A stretch of 64,000 nucleotides of DNA from an uncultured Methanoregulaceae archaeon (GCA_963841015.1 CAWJAX010000002.1:160001-224000), one strand, 5' to 3'. Shown: positions 1-10,825, counted from the stretch's first letter. Notes: generated from the sequence alone by a model not told the origin. A program made the numbers and translations.

Positions 1-102
1 GAGCAGGTTTGTAAGCTGTTTTGTGGGGAATTCCCGATCCCGGAAAAAAGCCTTAGGTATGCCGGGAAAAACATCAGGCAAAAATGCTGGCCAGAATCCC
101 TC

Positions 103-369
103 TCAGATCCTTCCGTATTTTTTATGAGCCTGCTCAGTAGTCATGATCTCGTTGATGATAATTACCTGATCACGAGGATAAAAGAATACGGTATACCGAT
201 AGGACACATGCATCCGGTAGCGTTCTTTTGGCATAGTGAGCCGTTTTATATCTCCGTGTGCATGCGGATGGTCGGCAAGCCGATCTATATGTTCTCCTAC
301 AATACGGCGATCTTTCTCCGGCAGATTTACAAGGAACTTTATTGCCCGTTCCGTGATTTCTATGTTCAG
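103..369 (-). CDS. RelE/ParE-family type II toxin (probable CTG start; absent from the ORF track)
   Basis: Manual translation (M)NIEITERAIKFLVNLPEKDRRIVGEHIDRLADHPHAHGDIKRLTMPKERYRMHVSYRYTVFFY...HKKYGRI*. RelE-like pattern, 13 nt downstream of the antitoxin stop. An in-frame TGA at 381-379 bounds the ORF. Confidence 0.75.
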   Translation of the reverse strand: MNIEITERAIKFLVNLPEKDRRIVGEHIDRLADHPHAHGDIKRLTMPKERYRMHVSYRYTVFFYPRDQVIIINEIMTTEQAHKKYGRI

Positions 370-382
370 GAAATCACTTCAC

Positions 383-610
383 TCAAAGACCAAGATCCTT
401 CTTTACCCGGTTCCACGACACCGTCTTTTCAGTATCATCGATCACATCGAGATCAGCAATGAGCTGCAATCGCTGGTGATCGGTGATCAATTCGGCAATC
501 GTATCATCAAAGGTCTGACCCGGTTTTCGCAGCCGCGAGAGTGTTGCCCACGTGCTCGGTGTCAGGGCGACTCTCTTGGTTGCGATTTCTCCTTCCTGTG
601 CTTGTGCCAT
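383..610 (-). CDS. Putative antitoxin (RHH-like N-terminus, acidic C-terminus)
   Basis: 75 aa with KRVALTPSTWATLSRLRKPGQTFDDTIAELI and a C-terminal VSWNRVKKDLGL typical of archaeal RelB-like antitoxins; directly upstream of the RelE-like ORF. Confidence 0.75.
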   Translation of the reverse strand: MAQAQEGEIATKRVALTPSTWATLSRLRKPGQTFDDTIAELITDHQRLQLIADLDVIDDTEKTVSWNRVKKDLGL

Positions 611-804
611 ACATTCACCTTCCCATGATTGGTATCAGACAAATTTACAAGTTGTCTAATCGTGACAATATTTACATGGTTGACATTCTCGCGCAATAAA
701 GGTGGTGGTGGACCTTTAACCCGGTACCAGAAAACCAGGCATAAAAGGTTGTATCAATAGGTTGCGTTACCCTGATCCGGAAGTGATCGCCACCTGTTCT
801 ATGC

Positions 805-2325
805 TCATGCCGCCACAGAACCCAGTTCAGCCTCAATCTCATCCAGCAGTTTCCGGACCTGTGCAATCTTGGCTTTCACCGATGTACCGGACTCAAATGC
901 GGATCCGGCGTCCTTTATGTCCGTTGTCCTGCGCCACTGGCCCAGCACGTCCTGCAGGCTCTGTCCGATGAAGGTAGTACCGCTCCTGGCTTCGACAAGA
1001 CCTATCAGCGTCTGTTCACCGCTCGGCGTGATGACCGGGATGATCCAGATCTCCTGACCATCAATGACATACATGATCGGCTGGACTACCTCCAGCTCAG
1101 GCGCCTTTGCAACTTCCGGGTGCTGGTGGACGTTCTGCGATGCCCCCAGGTCGTTATAATAGCCCGGTGTTTCATGGAAGGTGAACTTGCCGGTCCTGAC
1201 ATCGGTCAGCATGTACCCGACCATGGACGTGTCCGTCCCGGGGTTCGATACCGTGCCGAACCAGTAGAGATTGCCGTCGTTGCCGTTCACGAGAAATACA
1301 TCAGGGCCGTCAATACCGGAGAGTATCTTGACATCACGCTGTCCCAGGACAGAGTTCCACCAGCCGAGCTGGTAGCGGCCCCACCAACCGATCCATTCTT
1401 CGGTGGTGATCTCGCTCCACACGCGCTGGATCCATGCAGGCTGTTTTCCGAGGCGGTAAAAGTCCACAGAACCGCTCACCGGGTCGATGGTGGCAACGCC
1501 GACCGGCCGTTCCCCGATAATCCCGTAGAGCATGGGTTCTGCCAGCTGGATAACATATTTCGGTTGCATCGTATCGTCAAGCTGGAACGAGGTTTCCATC
1601 TGCAGGAACTCCGGGTGCTGTTCCCACACGCGGCGGTTGACATTGTTTCCGAAAAGGGCACCCCGGGTAGAGATCATGCGGCTGACGGATACTCTCTGGG
1701 CTTCGGCTTTCGGGTCCTCGGCATTGACAATAACGTAACCCCCTGTGCCTTCATCCGCATACGACCATGCTTTGATAAAAAATCCGTCGTAATCGAGGGG
1801 AGTGATCCAGACAAGGGTACCGTTCAGGGTCTGGATATCAGGTTCAGCAATCTGCGACTTGTACCCGAGCGAGCCGATGACCTTGTCACTACGCCACCTG
1901 GCGGTCTCATAACTGACCAGCCGTATATGGCTGCTGTTGATAATTTCGGACGGGCCGCGGGCAACCGTCACGTTTGGTGCCGCTGCCAGCTGGGTTGCCG
2001 TCATGGCAGAAAGAATAGTAATTAAACAGAACCAGAAGACGATGATCACCGCCAGGGACACTCCGGAGACCACCGCTCCTTTCTGGTGGTTGGCAAGAGC
2101 GCTGTTCACACCAAGGGCTATTGCCGCGTTGACCAGGAACCAGAGCAGCAGATTGAACCCGGTGAACGGGAGCTGGATGATATAAAGCACGATAAAACTG
2201 CCGACCGCTGCTGCTATGGCAAGGCCCGCTCGTTTTTTGATATACCGGTTTTGGAATATGTCCGGCGAGACGAAGAAATAGAGGAGCCCGGTGAGGATCA
2301 CCACACTGAGGAACATAAGGTTCAT
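805..2325 (-). CDS. Conserved hypothetical membrane protein (about 4 N-terminal TM helices plus a large extracytoplasmic domain)
   Basis: 506 aa ORF with a hydrophobic N-terminus and a soluble beta-rich remainder (LVWITPLDY, LYWFGTVS, PIMYVIDG). Confidence 0.75.
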   Translation of the reverse strand: MNLMFLSVVILTGLLYFFVSPDIFQNRYIKKRAGLAIAAAVGSFIVLYIIQLPFTGFNLLLWFLVNAAIALGVNSALANHQKGAVVSGVSLAVIIVFWFCLITILSAMTATQLAAAPNVTVARGPSEIINSSHIRLVSYETARWRSDKVIGSLGYKSQIAEPDIQTLNGTLVWITPLDYDGFFIKAWSYADEGTGGYVIVNAEDPKAEAQRVSVSRMISTRGALFGNNVNRRVWEQHPEFLQMETSFQLDDTMQPKYVIQLAEPMLYGIIGERPVGVATIDPVSGSVDFYRLGKQPAWIQRVWSEITTEEWIGWWGRYQLGWWNSVLGQRDVKILSGIDGPDVFLVNGNDGNLYWFGTVSNPGTDTSMVGYMLTDVRTGKFTFHETPGYYNDLGASQNVHQHPEVAKAPELEVVQPIMYVIDGQEIWIIPVITPSGEQTLIGLVEARSGTTFIGQSLQDVLGQWRRTTDIKDAGSAFESGTSVKAKIAQVRKLLDEIEAELGSVAA

Positions 2326-2555
2326 ACCGGTACCCCACTCCCGGATGGCAGGTAATTATTCCCGGCCTGGAATTCCGGATTCGATCCCGTCCCGTTTCTG
2401 ACCGTGAGGTAAACAGGATACGTACCTGTGCGCATTCTCATTGCTGAAAGTATGCAAAAACAGGGTATTAAGGATATGTCCCGGTTTGACCGGATACCGT
2501 ACAGACCGCTGTCCCATCAGATATCCGAAGTTCCCGGGAAGTATGGCAGACAGGG

Positions 2556-3635
2556 TTACCCGGGATTCTTTTTAGGAGTGTATCCATGGCCGTGAATTGC
2601 CCTGCATCCCGGGTCCAGGGCAACGGCCTTATCCTGCGAGACATCTGCTTCCTCCTGCCGGCCAAGACACCGCAGGGCCTGTCCACGGGAGTACCACGCT
2701 TCGGCATCACCAGGGTCGATGGCGATTACCCGGTCATAGGAGAGAACCGCTTCGGCATACCGGCCAAGAGTCCCGAGTGCAACGCCGCGATTGTACCACG
2801 CTTCGGCATATTCCGGCCGGAGGGTTGTCGCCACTTCGTAGGAAATGACCGCTTCATCCTGCCGATCGAGATCGCTCAGGGCAGACCCGTGGTTGTACCA
2901 TGCTTCGGCGTATTCCGGCCGGAGAGCGACTGCGGTAAAATACGATTCTGCCGCGTCTTGTGGGCGGCCGAGATGCATGCACGTGTTCCCGCGGTTGTTC
3001 CAGGCCTCAGCATACTCCGGCCGGAGTGCAACTGCCCGGTCATACGAGACAAGAGCCTCGGTATGCTGCCCGAGCTGTGCCAGGGTATTTGCCCGGTTGA
3101 ACCATGCCCCGGGAAGATCCGGGCTGGTGGCGATCACCCTGTCGTACGATCGAAGGGCTTCTGCATACTGGCCGAGGTTCATGAGCACATTCCCCCGCAT
3201 GTTCCACGCCTCTATGTCATCCGGGCTGAGAGCTGTTGCCCGGTCACAGGAATCAAGGGCTTCTGAGTCCCGGCCAAGGTTCGTGAGCACCCACCCCCGG
3301 GTGTGCCATGCCTCGGCAAAATCCGGTTGGAGAGCGACAGCCCGGTCGCAGGAGTCAAGGGCTTCGGCATTGCGGCCAAGATGCCCGAGCACCCACCCGC
3401 GGTTACTCCACGCCCGGAAGTAACCGGGGTCCGTGGCAATCGCCGTATCGCAGGCATCGAGAGCAGCAGGAAAAAGACCCAGGTTGCCAAGTGCGGCTGC
3501 ACGGCCGTTCCATGCCCGGGTGCAGCCCGGATCAAGGGAAACTGCCCGGTCAAACAGGGCGAGTGCTTCGGAATACCTCCGGTGCCGGAACTGATCAACC
3601 CCCCTGGTGATGTAGTCTTTTGCCTGTTCTTTCAT
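2556..3635 (-). CDS. Tetratricopeptide repeat protein
   Basis: About 10 34-aa repeats of the form AW(Y/N)NRG..L..LG...EA..SYD.A..L.P; start at MKEQAKDY inferred. Confidence 0.92.
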   Translation of the reverse strand: MKEQAKDYITRGVDQFRHRRYSEALALFDRAVSLDPGCTRAWNGRAAALGNLGLFPAALDACDTAIATDPGYFRAWSNRGWVLGHLGRNAEALDSCDRAVALQPDFAEAWHTRGWVLTNLGRDSEALDSCDRATALSPDDIEAWNMRGNVLMNLGQYAEALRSYDRVIATSPDLPGAWFNRANTLAQLGQHTEALVSYDRAVALRPEYAEAWNNRGNTCMHLGRPQDAAESYFTAVALRPEYAEAWYNHGSALSDLDRQDEAVISYEVATTLRPEYAEAWYNRGVALGTLGRYAEAVLSYDRVIAIDPGDAEAWYSRGQALRCLGRQEEADVSQDKAVALDPGCRAIHGHGYTPKKNPG

Positions 3636-3833
3636 ACACTGCCCTGTCCTGTCCGGATTATCACCATTCCGATCCCTGCCCGGACAAAAAACCTTCCTTC
3701 CCCCGTCCAGCCCGTACCTGCAGCCTGTATAGGCACAAAGGAGAAGTACCCTCAACTTTTTATCGTTTTGGATGCATCATCAGATTATTCTCTCACCATA
3801 AATAACAATGAAAATACTCCAAAGAGGTACCGT

Positions 3834-4229
3834 ATGAAAAAACCAGCAAACCCAACAACTTCCGTTCAACAAAAGCCCGACCCGCACACAAACACATCGG
3901 ACGGGGAAAGCGCCGTGCTCGCGACGATCGCGGCGATGCCGGAACCGGATCGCGTCATAGCCTCGCGGCTCCATGCGATCATCAAAGCCGGTGCGCCTGT
4001 TCTCTCGCCGAGATTCTGGTACGGGATGCCCGCGTATGCAAAGGACGGCAAAGTAGTCTGCTTCTTCCAGGGCAGGGAGAAATTCAAGACGAGGTACGCG
4101 ACGTTCGGCTTTATGCACGAGGCAAACCTCGACGAGGGGAATATGTGGCCGGTCGCCTTTGCGCTGAAAAAGGTGACTGCCACCGAAGAGGAAACGATCG
4201 CTGCGCTCGTGAAGAAAGCGGTGCGATGA
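3834..4229 (+). CDS. DUF1801/YdhG-like protein
   Basis: [18 protein letters not shown]...[11 protein letters not shown]...MWPVAFAL motif. Confidence 0.85.
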   Translation: MKKPANPTTSVQQKPDPHTNTSDGESAVLATIAAMPEPDRVIASRLHAIIKAGAPVLSPRFWYGMPAYAKDGKVVCFFQGREKFKTRYATFGFMHEANLDEGNMWPVAFALKKVTATEEETIAALVKKAVR

Positions 4230-4261
4230 GGACGAAAACCGCTACAACCCTGGTGAAGCCG
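4076..4261 (+). repeat. Direct repeat, copy 1 (3' end of the DUF1801 gene plus downstream sequence)
   Basis: Near-identical to 4914-5098 (ggagaaattcaagacg...gtgaagccg). Confidence 0.92.
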
Positions 4262-4365
4262 ATGTATTACACGGCTGGTCTCTAAAATTTTCCTCAATCA
4301 CATCTTTTCACGAAATCGACTTGGTGCAGGTACAACCTGGCGGCTTCTTCTCAATCGAAACCATA

Positions 4366-4581
4366 ATGGACACTGACAACGACAAAGATATGATGACATC
4401 TCAGGCAGCACCCCGGGTGCGAAAAGATCATCCTGCAAAAAAATCTTCCGCTCAACAAAAAACAACAGAAGGCGAAGGAAAAAACATCCTCTATGCCGTA
4501 TCAGAGCACTCTCTTTGTGGATTTCTGGAAGATGAGCCGGACATTTACTCGGTGTCGGATCTGAAAGTCAGGTACCGATGA
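4366..4581 (+). CDS. Putative antitoxin of the PemK/MazF-like toxin
   Basis: Short ORF ending [19 protein letters not shown], with an ATGA overlap to the toxin start. Confidence 0.65.
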   Translation: MDTDNDKDMMTSQAAPRVRKDHPAKKSSAQQKTTEGEGKNILYAVSEHSLCGFLEDEPDIYSVSDLKVRYR

Positions 4582-4907
4582 AAGCAAAAATTATCCTGAT
4601 CCATTTTCCTTTTACGAATCTGACCGATTTTAAACTTCGACCGGCACTGGTCATTCATGAGAGCGAAAATGATGTGGTTGTTGCATTTATATCTTCAAAA
4701 ATTCCCGGGCATCTCCAGGATTCCGATTTCGTGATAGCAAGGGATCATCCTTCTTTCTTTTCCACCGGGCTGAAGGTTTCTTCAGTGATAAAATTCGATA
4801 AGATTGCAACCGTATCAAAAGATCTCATTGAAGGTGAGATCGGTGAGATTTCCCGTGATCTGGCCGATGAATGTAACCTCCTCTTATGCCGGATCTTCAT
4901 TCTTTGA
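4578..4907 (+). CDS. PemK/MazF-family toxin
   Basis: [17 protein letters not shown]...VAFISS...[17 protein letters not shown]...IGEI matches the PemK pattern. Confidence 0.88.
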   Translation: MKAKIILIHFPFTNLTDFKLRPALVIHESENDVVVAFISSKIPGHLQDSDFVIARDHPSFFSTGLKVSSVIKFDKIATVSKDLIEGEIGEISRDLADECNLLLCRIFIL

Positions 4908-4913
4908 TAGTAT

Positions 4914-5098
4914 GGAGAAATTCAAGACGCGGTACGCGACGTTCGGCTTCATGCACGAGGCAAACCTCGACGAAGGGAATATATGGCCGGTCGCCTTTGC
5001 GCTGAAAAAGGTGACTGCCACCGAAGAGGAAACGATCGCTGCGCTCGTGAAGAGAGCGGTGAGCTGATGACGAAAACCGCCACCTGGTAGTGAAGCCG
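4914..5098 (+). repeat. Direct repeat, copy 2 (truncated DUF1801 3' fragment)
   Basis: Encodes [50 protein letters not shown], a duplicate of the DUF1801 C-terminus. Confidence 0.92.
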
Positions 5099-5110
5099 GG
5101 GTAATTCGTA

Positions 5111-5497
5111 TTACCGGAGGGTAGTGCTGGGAATGGCCGATTTCAGGGCAGCATGAATATCTGACTCCCTGAACGGTTTACCAATAAAACCGTCGGCAGG
5201 TACCTTTTTTGCCCGTTCAAGATCTTCTGCCCTGGCAGAAGCGGTGAGAAATATTATCGGGATCGGAGCTGACTTTTTCATGGCAATTGCTGCATCAATC
5301 CCATCGGTTTGACCGTCAAGGGTGATATCCATCAGGACAGCATCGGGTCTCTTTTCTTTTATGAAATCTATCGCAGCTTCACCGGACGCCACTTTACCAC
5401 ACACGGCATATCCCAAAGAAATAAGACAAATTTCGATGAGCTGCTGGATGATGATATTATCTTCAACAATAAGGATCTCGAGAATTGCATTTATCAT
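5111..5497 (-). CDS. Stand-alone response regulator receiver (REC) protein
   Basis: ILIVEDN...PDAVLMDI...PIIFLTA...FIGKPF. Confidence 0.92.
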   Translation of the reverse strand: MINAILEILIVEDNIIIQQLIEICLISLGYAVCGKVASGEAAIDFIKEKRPDAVLMDITLDGQTDGIDAAIAMKKSAPIPIIFLTASARAEDLERAKKVPADGFIGKPFRESDIHAALKSAIPSTTLR

Positions 5498-5783
5498 AAA
5501 AATTCCCGGTGGGTCTCGTTGTTTACATAATAAATATGAGCGTTTAAATTATTTTTTATTTAATTTTTTTCGGAAGATGAGAAAGATAGTAAAAATTTCA
5601 CTTTTGGTACAATCGTCGGATAATGATGAAATATATCCGGTTCTCCACTGGAAATAAAGGGGTTTATATAATTTATAAAGAAGTCAGATATTCTGCATTA
5701 TTTTACCCTTTTAAGAAAATATTACCGGCAGATTTACCAAAAAAATTCTTCCTCCTGCATTGAGGGATTTTCAGTAATTGCCG

Positions 5784-6170
5784 TTACCTGTTTTTTTCCA
5801 AAATGTGCCTATCTTCCTGCAGCACCGGCTGCCCGTCGCACCGGACCTCGACGATACGGTCATCGGATACCAGGAAATACTGCCACGTTTTCCAGGGGGA
5901 GACTACCCAGATCTCCCGGGATACCACGGGAGTTTTCGGCACCGTGCGGAGCTGCTGTATCGCTTCGGTGAACATCCTTTCGATCTCCTGCGGGTTGCTG
6001 ATATGCGTGCGTATCCTCCTGACCCGGACAAATACCGTGCAACCGGTGATGAAGAGGATAAAATTGTAGTGCGATCTCTGCAGGGCCGGGTTGTCCAGGA
6101 CTACTCCCCGCCGGTTTGCAATCTCCTGTGCCGCGGCAATCGCCATGAGCGGCTGGGGGCCCCTCGTCAT
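5784..6170 (-). CDS. Hypothetical protein, possibly a degenerate PD-(D/E)XK-like fold
   Basis: 128 aa; YNFILF...VFVRVRR resembles nuclease strands without the catalytic acids; ATGA overlap with the upstream ORF. Confidence 0.6.
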   Translation of the reverse strand: MTRGPQPLMAIAAAQEIANRRGVVLDNPALQRSHYNFILFITGCTVFVRVRRIRTHISNPQEIERMFTEAIQQLRTVPKTPVVSREIWVVSPWKTWQYFLVSDDRIVEVRCDGQPVLQEDRHILEKNR

Positions 6171-6454
6171 CTCCGCTCGCCTCCGCTGCCATCATGCGTT
6201 CCCGTGCCATCACATGTTCCCGTATCTTCTGCATCCCCCTTGCGGCATTGCCGTGCCCCGGGACGGTTCCACGCACTCCTCAGCTCCCTCTTGACCGGCC
6301 GCGTCCGGATGCTGACGTTATAGAAATGATTCCCCGTCTTAGACACGATCACCCGTTCCAGCGTCTGACCATGGGTGACGACTCCCCGCTTCACAATATC
6401 CGGGATGAGGTACAGGGGAATGTCCCGCTCGATCTTCGCCGGTCGCCGGGGCAT
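6167..6454 (-). CDS. Hypothetical protein
   Basis: 95 aa, with coupled overlaps to both neighbours. Confidence 0.55.
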   Translation of the reverse strand: MPRRPAKIERDIPLYLIPDIVKRGVVTHGQTLERVIVSKTGNHFYNVSIRTRPVKRELRSAWNRPGARQCRKGDAEDTGTCDGTGTHDGSGGERR

Positions 6455-6636
6455 CAGGAACGCCCCCGTGTATCAGGGTTAAGGGGTTGTGATGGTCTGG
6501 TTGTCCTGTCGTCAGGGGAAGTTCCTGCATAGATTCTTACGGCGAGGGCGAAAAACCGGGTACTCCCGTTTCTTCTCGTCTGATTTATTGCGATCCTGGA
6601 GGATCTCGTTGTAGTGGTTTTTTGGCTGGTTGTCAT
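6454..6636 (-). CDS. Small hypothetical protein
   Basis: 60 aa; TGATG stop-start overlap with the next ORF. Confidence 0.45.
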   Translation of the reverse strand: MTTSQKTTTTRSSRIAINQTRRNGSTRFFALAVRIYAGTSPDDRTTRPSQPLNPDTRGRS

Positions 6637-6866
6637 GGATAATCACGGGTGAAATTAATCAGTTGTTCTTTTGTGCGGGGTAATTTTTACCAGAGCGGGA
6701 GTGTATTTGCCTGCATCGCTGGGACGATAACGCCGGGTTCTGCAGCGAACACGCCAGAGTGTTTGGCCGGGTATCGTTCAAAGGTCACACCGTACAGGAT
6801 AAACGGCAGGTGACCTGCCAGGTACGCAAAAACCCTGGACTATGGCAATCACCGGAATTCCGGCGC

Positions 6867-7106
6867 TTACTGACTATCAGCAAAAAAGGTATAGAGGGAG
6901 AAGATGGGGGAATGGTCGCTCGTCAGCCGGTAGCGCCTGGTTGTATGCATTGCATGTACGATGTTAAGCGGGATTGCGGGCAGGAGGACTTTCTGTGCAA
7001 TAACCGGGAGCAGGAGCTTGTGCACCACTGCTATGACTTTTGCTTTAAGGGCCTTTGCTGCCTTTTTTGCCCGGTCGAGCAGGTTTTTAAAAAATTCCCC
7101 GATCAT
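6867..7106 (-). CDS. Hypothetical protein
   Basis: MIGEFFKNLLDRAKKAAKALKAKVIAVVHKLLLP..., amphipathic N-terminus. Confidence 0.5.
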   Translation of the reverse strand: MIGEFFKNLLDRAKKAAKALKAKVIAVVHKLLLPVIAQKVLLPAIPLNIVHAMHTTRRYRLTSDHSPIFSLYTFFADSQ

Positions 7107-7467
7107 CGTTACGGAACAGTCAGGCACTCGTGAGAATTTAAATTGAGATGACCCAATCAGCTCGATGAATGGTATGTCTGACGAATGTATTTTTATGGAA
7201 TTGTTCCTGGGGCAACCGTTGGGGATGAAAAATAAGAGAGAACGACACGCGGATCATTGTCTTGCCGGAATACTCAGAATGGTTCTGGATTTGCCGGTGA
7301 ATTGCTGAGGATTGTCTGCAGGTCGTTAGAGAGTGGTGGATGTCTCTTTTTTTGTGAATCCGAATGGGGACCATGGTAAAGGTTGCCACATCGTTGAAGA
7401 TGCCGTGTCCCCGGATGGTTGAAGGAGGTGCATCTCCAAAAATCACCTGTTGAACAAAAATAGTGCG

Positions 7468-7507
7468 CCTCAGCCGGGCACCGGGACGTGATGTTCGATT
7501 CTGTTGT
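7468..7507. repeat. 40-bp direct repeat, copy 1
   Basis: cctcagccgggcaccgggacgtgatgttcgattctgttgt; 37/40 identical to 12340-12379. Confidence 0.85.
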
Positions 7508-7665
7508 TTTTTGGAATATGCGATCCAATCCGGAAAATTCCTTTTACAAAAAACCGATAAAATTAGCATATTGAATGGAAAAAGGCCCTGATAACCTCCC
7601 GGTTCAGACCGGCTTTTCGTAAGACAATATTTTTGTTCTTATCAACCACATCTGCTAATTGCCCC

Positions 7666-9444
7666 ATGGAAACCAGTACCCTCCTCCTGGTAATCGTACT
7701 TGCGGGAACCATCATCCTCATTGTAAGCAACCGGGTACGGATCGATCTTGTTGCTGTCCTTGCAAGCCTTGCTCTCGCCTGGCTTGGCCTAATCACCCCG
7801 GTGGAGGCGGTTTCCGGGTTTGCCTCAAACGCCGTGATCGCAATGGCGTCCATAATGATTATTGCGTACGGGATGGACAGAACTGGTGTAACGTTGCGTC
7901 TCGCCAACACCATCATGAAATATGCCGGAACCGGTGAGCGCCGGATCAACGCAACCATAGGGATAACGGTCGGTCTCTTCTCTTCGGTAATGCAGACTAT
8001 TGGCGTAGCTGCCCTCTTCCTTCCTGCAGTGAGGAGGATCGGGAAGCAGGCCCGTATTCCTGTCTCTCACCTGATAATGCCGATGGGGTTTGCAGCTATC
8101 CTTGGAGGGAGCATGACAATGATCGCATCCGGCCCGTTAATCGTATTAAATGACCTCCTTCTGCAGGCCGAAGCAGAGCCCTTCTCCCTCTTTGCTGTCA
8201 CCCCTGTAGGCCTCCCCCTCCTCATCGCCGGGATTGCTCTCTTTGCCCTGGCAGGAGATCGCCTCCTCCCGAAGAAAGAGGAGGCACCCTACGGACCTAC
8301 AATCGCTGAGATCTGGGGGATTGATCACCCTGTCAGAACCTGTACCATCCCCCCATCATCTCCGATCATCGGAATGACCCGTGAGGACGTGTCCTTCAAG
8401 ACCCGCTATGGTCTCGATCTCCTTGCCATACGCACCCATAAAGATATCAGTGTTGCACCCTCGCGATTTATCCGCCTCGAACCTGGCACGGAGCTCGCAT
8501 TCCTCGGATCCGAGGAGGTATTCCTGCAGTTTATCAATGAATCCGGCTGTATACCCTCCGGAGAACGATCTGGGTTAAAAGAGATCCTGGATGGTGAAGA
8601 GTATGGATTTGCCGAGCTGATCGTCCGGCCGAAGGCGTCGATTATCGGAAAGACCCCCCGGGAAATCAGGTTCCGGCAGACGTTCTCGATCGAGCCGATC
8701 ATCCATCAGCAAGGACAGACTGAAACGCGGGCTGATATCTCCAACAAACCCCTTGCAGCAGGTGATACCATTGTTGCCTTTGGATCATGGGACACCCTGA
8801 GGCACCTTGCCTGGCACCAGGATCTTGTGCTCGTAACCCCTCCTGAAGGGGACGGTATAAGACATAATAAGGGGTATCTGGCGGTCCTGATCTTCGCTGC
8901 CGCCCTCGGTCTCACTATCACCGGCGTCCCGATCTCCCTTGCCCTTCTCACGGGGGCAGCCGCGTCTGTTCTCTTCGGTGTCCTCAACATCGATGAGGCG
9001 TACCGGGCTGTCGATTGGAAGACGATAATCCTCATTGGCGGTCTGATACCCCTTGGAATTGCACTGGAAAAGAGTGGGGCGGCTTCAGCTCTCTCCGATT
9101 CCCTGATCGAAGTCCTTGCCGGATCCCATCCGATAATCATCATGTATGCTGTTGCCATCCTCGCAACCGTCCTCTCCCTCATAATCACCAACATCGCGGC
9201 AACAGTTCTCCTCGTTCCTCTTGTGATGCTTATTGGTACCGGGACAGGGACAGACCCCCGTGCTCTCGCCCTTCTCGTCGCGGTCTGCGCCTCGAACTCA
9301 TTCATCCTTCCAACCCACCAGGTAAATGCCCTCCTGATGGGGCCTGGAGGATATTCCCCGAAAGATTATCTGAAAGCAGGGAGCATCATGACCGTGATCT
9401 TCCTTGCAATAGCCGTAATGCTCATCTATCTCCTTATCAGATAG
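7666..9444 (+). CDS. SLC13/DASS-family permease with two TrkA_C (RCK_C) domains
   Basis: Many TM helices, LMPMGFAAILGGSMTMIASGP, two soluble SPIIG/SIIGKT...IRFR domains, C-terminal PTHQVNALLMGPGGY..KDY. Confidence 0.9.
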   Translation: METSTLLLVIVLAGTIILIVSNRVRIDLVAVLASLALAWLGLITPVEAVSGFASNAVIAMASIMIIAYGMDRTGVTLRLANTIMKYAGTGERRINATIGITVGLFSSVMQTIGVAALFLPAVRRIGKQARIPVSHLIMPMGFAAILGGSMTMIASGPLIVLNDLLLQAEAEPFSLFAVTPVGLPLLIAGIALFALAGDRLLPKKEEAPYGPTIAEIWGIDHPVRTCTIPPSSPIIGMTREDVSFKTRYGLDLLAIRTHKDISVAPSRFIRLEPGTELAFLGSEEVFLQFINESGCIPSGERSGLKEILDGEEYGFAELIVRPKASIIGKTPREIRFRQTFSIEPIIHQQGQTETRADISNKPLAAGDTIVAFGSWDTLRHLAWHQDLVLVTPPEGDGIRHNKGYLAVLIFAAALGLTITGVPISLALLTGAAASVLFGVLNIDEAYRAVDWKTIILIGGLIPLGIALEKSGAASALSDSLIEVLAGSHPIIIMYAVAILATVLSLIITNIAATVLLVPLVMLIGTGTGTDPRALALLVAVCASNSFILPTHQVNALLMGPGGYSPKDYLKAGSIMTVIFLAIAVMLIYLLIR

Positions 9445-9458
9445 AAGGATGAAAACAT

Positions 9459-10825
9459 ATGATCATCCACCAGTTTTTCATACCGGGGCTTGCTCACAGC
9501 TCGTACATCGTTGCCGGGAACCGGTCCTGTGCGGTCATCGATCCGGAACGCGATGCCGGACGGTATATTACCGCCGCACAGGAGATGGGACTTCGGATCA
9601 CCCATGTCCTGGAAACGCACCTGCATGCAGACTTCATATCAGGGCACCTCGACCTGGCCGATGCGACCGGCGCAGGTATCTATATGTCCCGGTCCGCATA
9701 CTGCGGATTTCCCCATACCCCTCTCGCTGAAGGGGATGAGGTGCGTCTTGAAGACATCCGTTTTTCAGTCATAGAGACGGCCGGACATACTCCCGAACAT
9801 ATCTGTTACATTGCAACGGATACCACACGCGGTCAGACACCGGTCGCCCTCTTTTCCGGTGACACACTCTTTGTTGGCGATGTCGGGCGGCCTGACCTCT
9901 TTTTGGGGAGAGCAACAGAACTTGCCTCATCCCTCTATGACAATCTGCATACCAAGATCATGACCCTCCCGGACGAGTGTGAGGTCTATCCTGCACACGG
10001 AATGGGATCTCTCTGCGGACGGGCGATGGCAGCAAAGCGGACAAGCACAATAGGGTATGAGAAGAAGTACAACTACGCCCTCCGGATCAGGAGTCGCGAG
10101 GAGTTCATCAGTGCACTCACTTCCGATATGCCTGCCGCCCCGGATCACTTCCTCCGCTGTTCTGAGATCAACAGGGCAGGTCCTGCACTGATGCGGGACC
10201 TCATCCAGCCAGTACCCGTCCAGCCGAAGTCGCTTGCAGACCGTATCCGGGCAGATGATGTAATCGTTCTCGATGTCAGAAGTTACCTTGCTTTCTCTGG
10301 CATGCACATCCCCGGAGCCTGGCATATCGATCTCTCGGGAAACTTTGCTACGCAGGCGGGCTGGATCCTCCCCCCGATAAGGATATCCTCCTTGTTGTTG
10401 AGGATCGAAGACAGGCAGAAGAAGCGACACTCCAGCTCCACCGGGTCGGATTTGACCGGGTCACGGGGTATGCCGAAGGAGGAATGCTTGTCTGGGGAAC
10501 AGCTGCGTTGCCCATCAGCCGTGTCCCGGTCATCTCCCCTGAGGAAGCACATGCCCTGATTCGATCAAACGAGGCGGTCTTAATCGATGTCCGCTCACGG
10601 GAGGAGTGGCAGGCTGCCCGTGTAGAGGGATCGATCCACATTCCCTGGCACGATCTCAGAACCCGGTACACCGAACTTGATCCTGCACAGCAGTATATTG
10701 TCATGTGCCGGGGGGGACAGCGTGCGAGCATCGCGGTAAGTATCCTGAAGATGCACGGATTCAGCCGTATTTTAAATCTTGGTGGCGGATACACGGCCTA
10801 CCAGAGGGCAGGATCGGTACCATGA
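9459..10825 (+). CDS. MBL-fold hydrolase (persulfide dioxygenase-like) fused to two rhodanese domains; frameshift at the C-run near 10370-10375
   Basis: THLHADF, GHTPEH, SGDTLF, PAHG motifs; DVRS...HIPGA; C-terminal CRGGQR rhodanese loop. One added C joins 9459-10559 and 10484-10825 (ILPPDKDILLVVED...). Confidence 0.85.

Noticed and set aside
1120-2025. Long + strand ORF, and similar antisense ORFs such as 52705-53595, 45593-46522 and 35187-35876
   Set aside because: Shadow frames opposite well-supported genes in GC-rich coding DNA; no motifs.
3303-3833. 308-aa ORF 3303-4229 as a single gene
   Set aside because: The 5' part is the antisense shadow of the TPR gene; only 3834-4229 looks like a protein.
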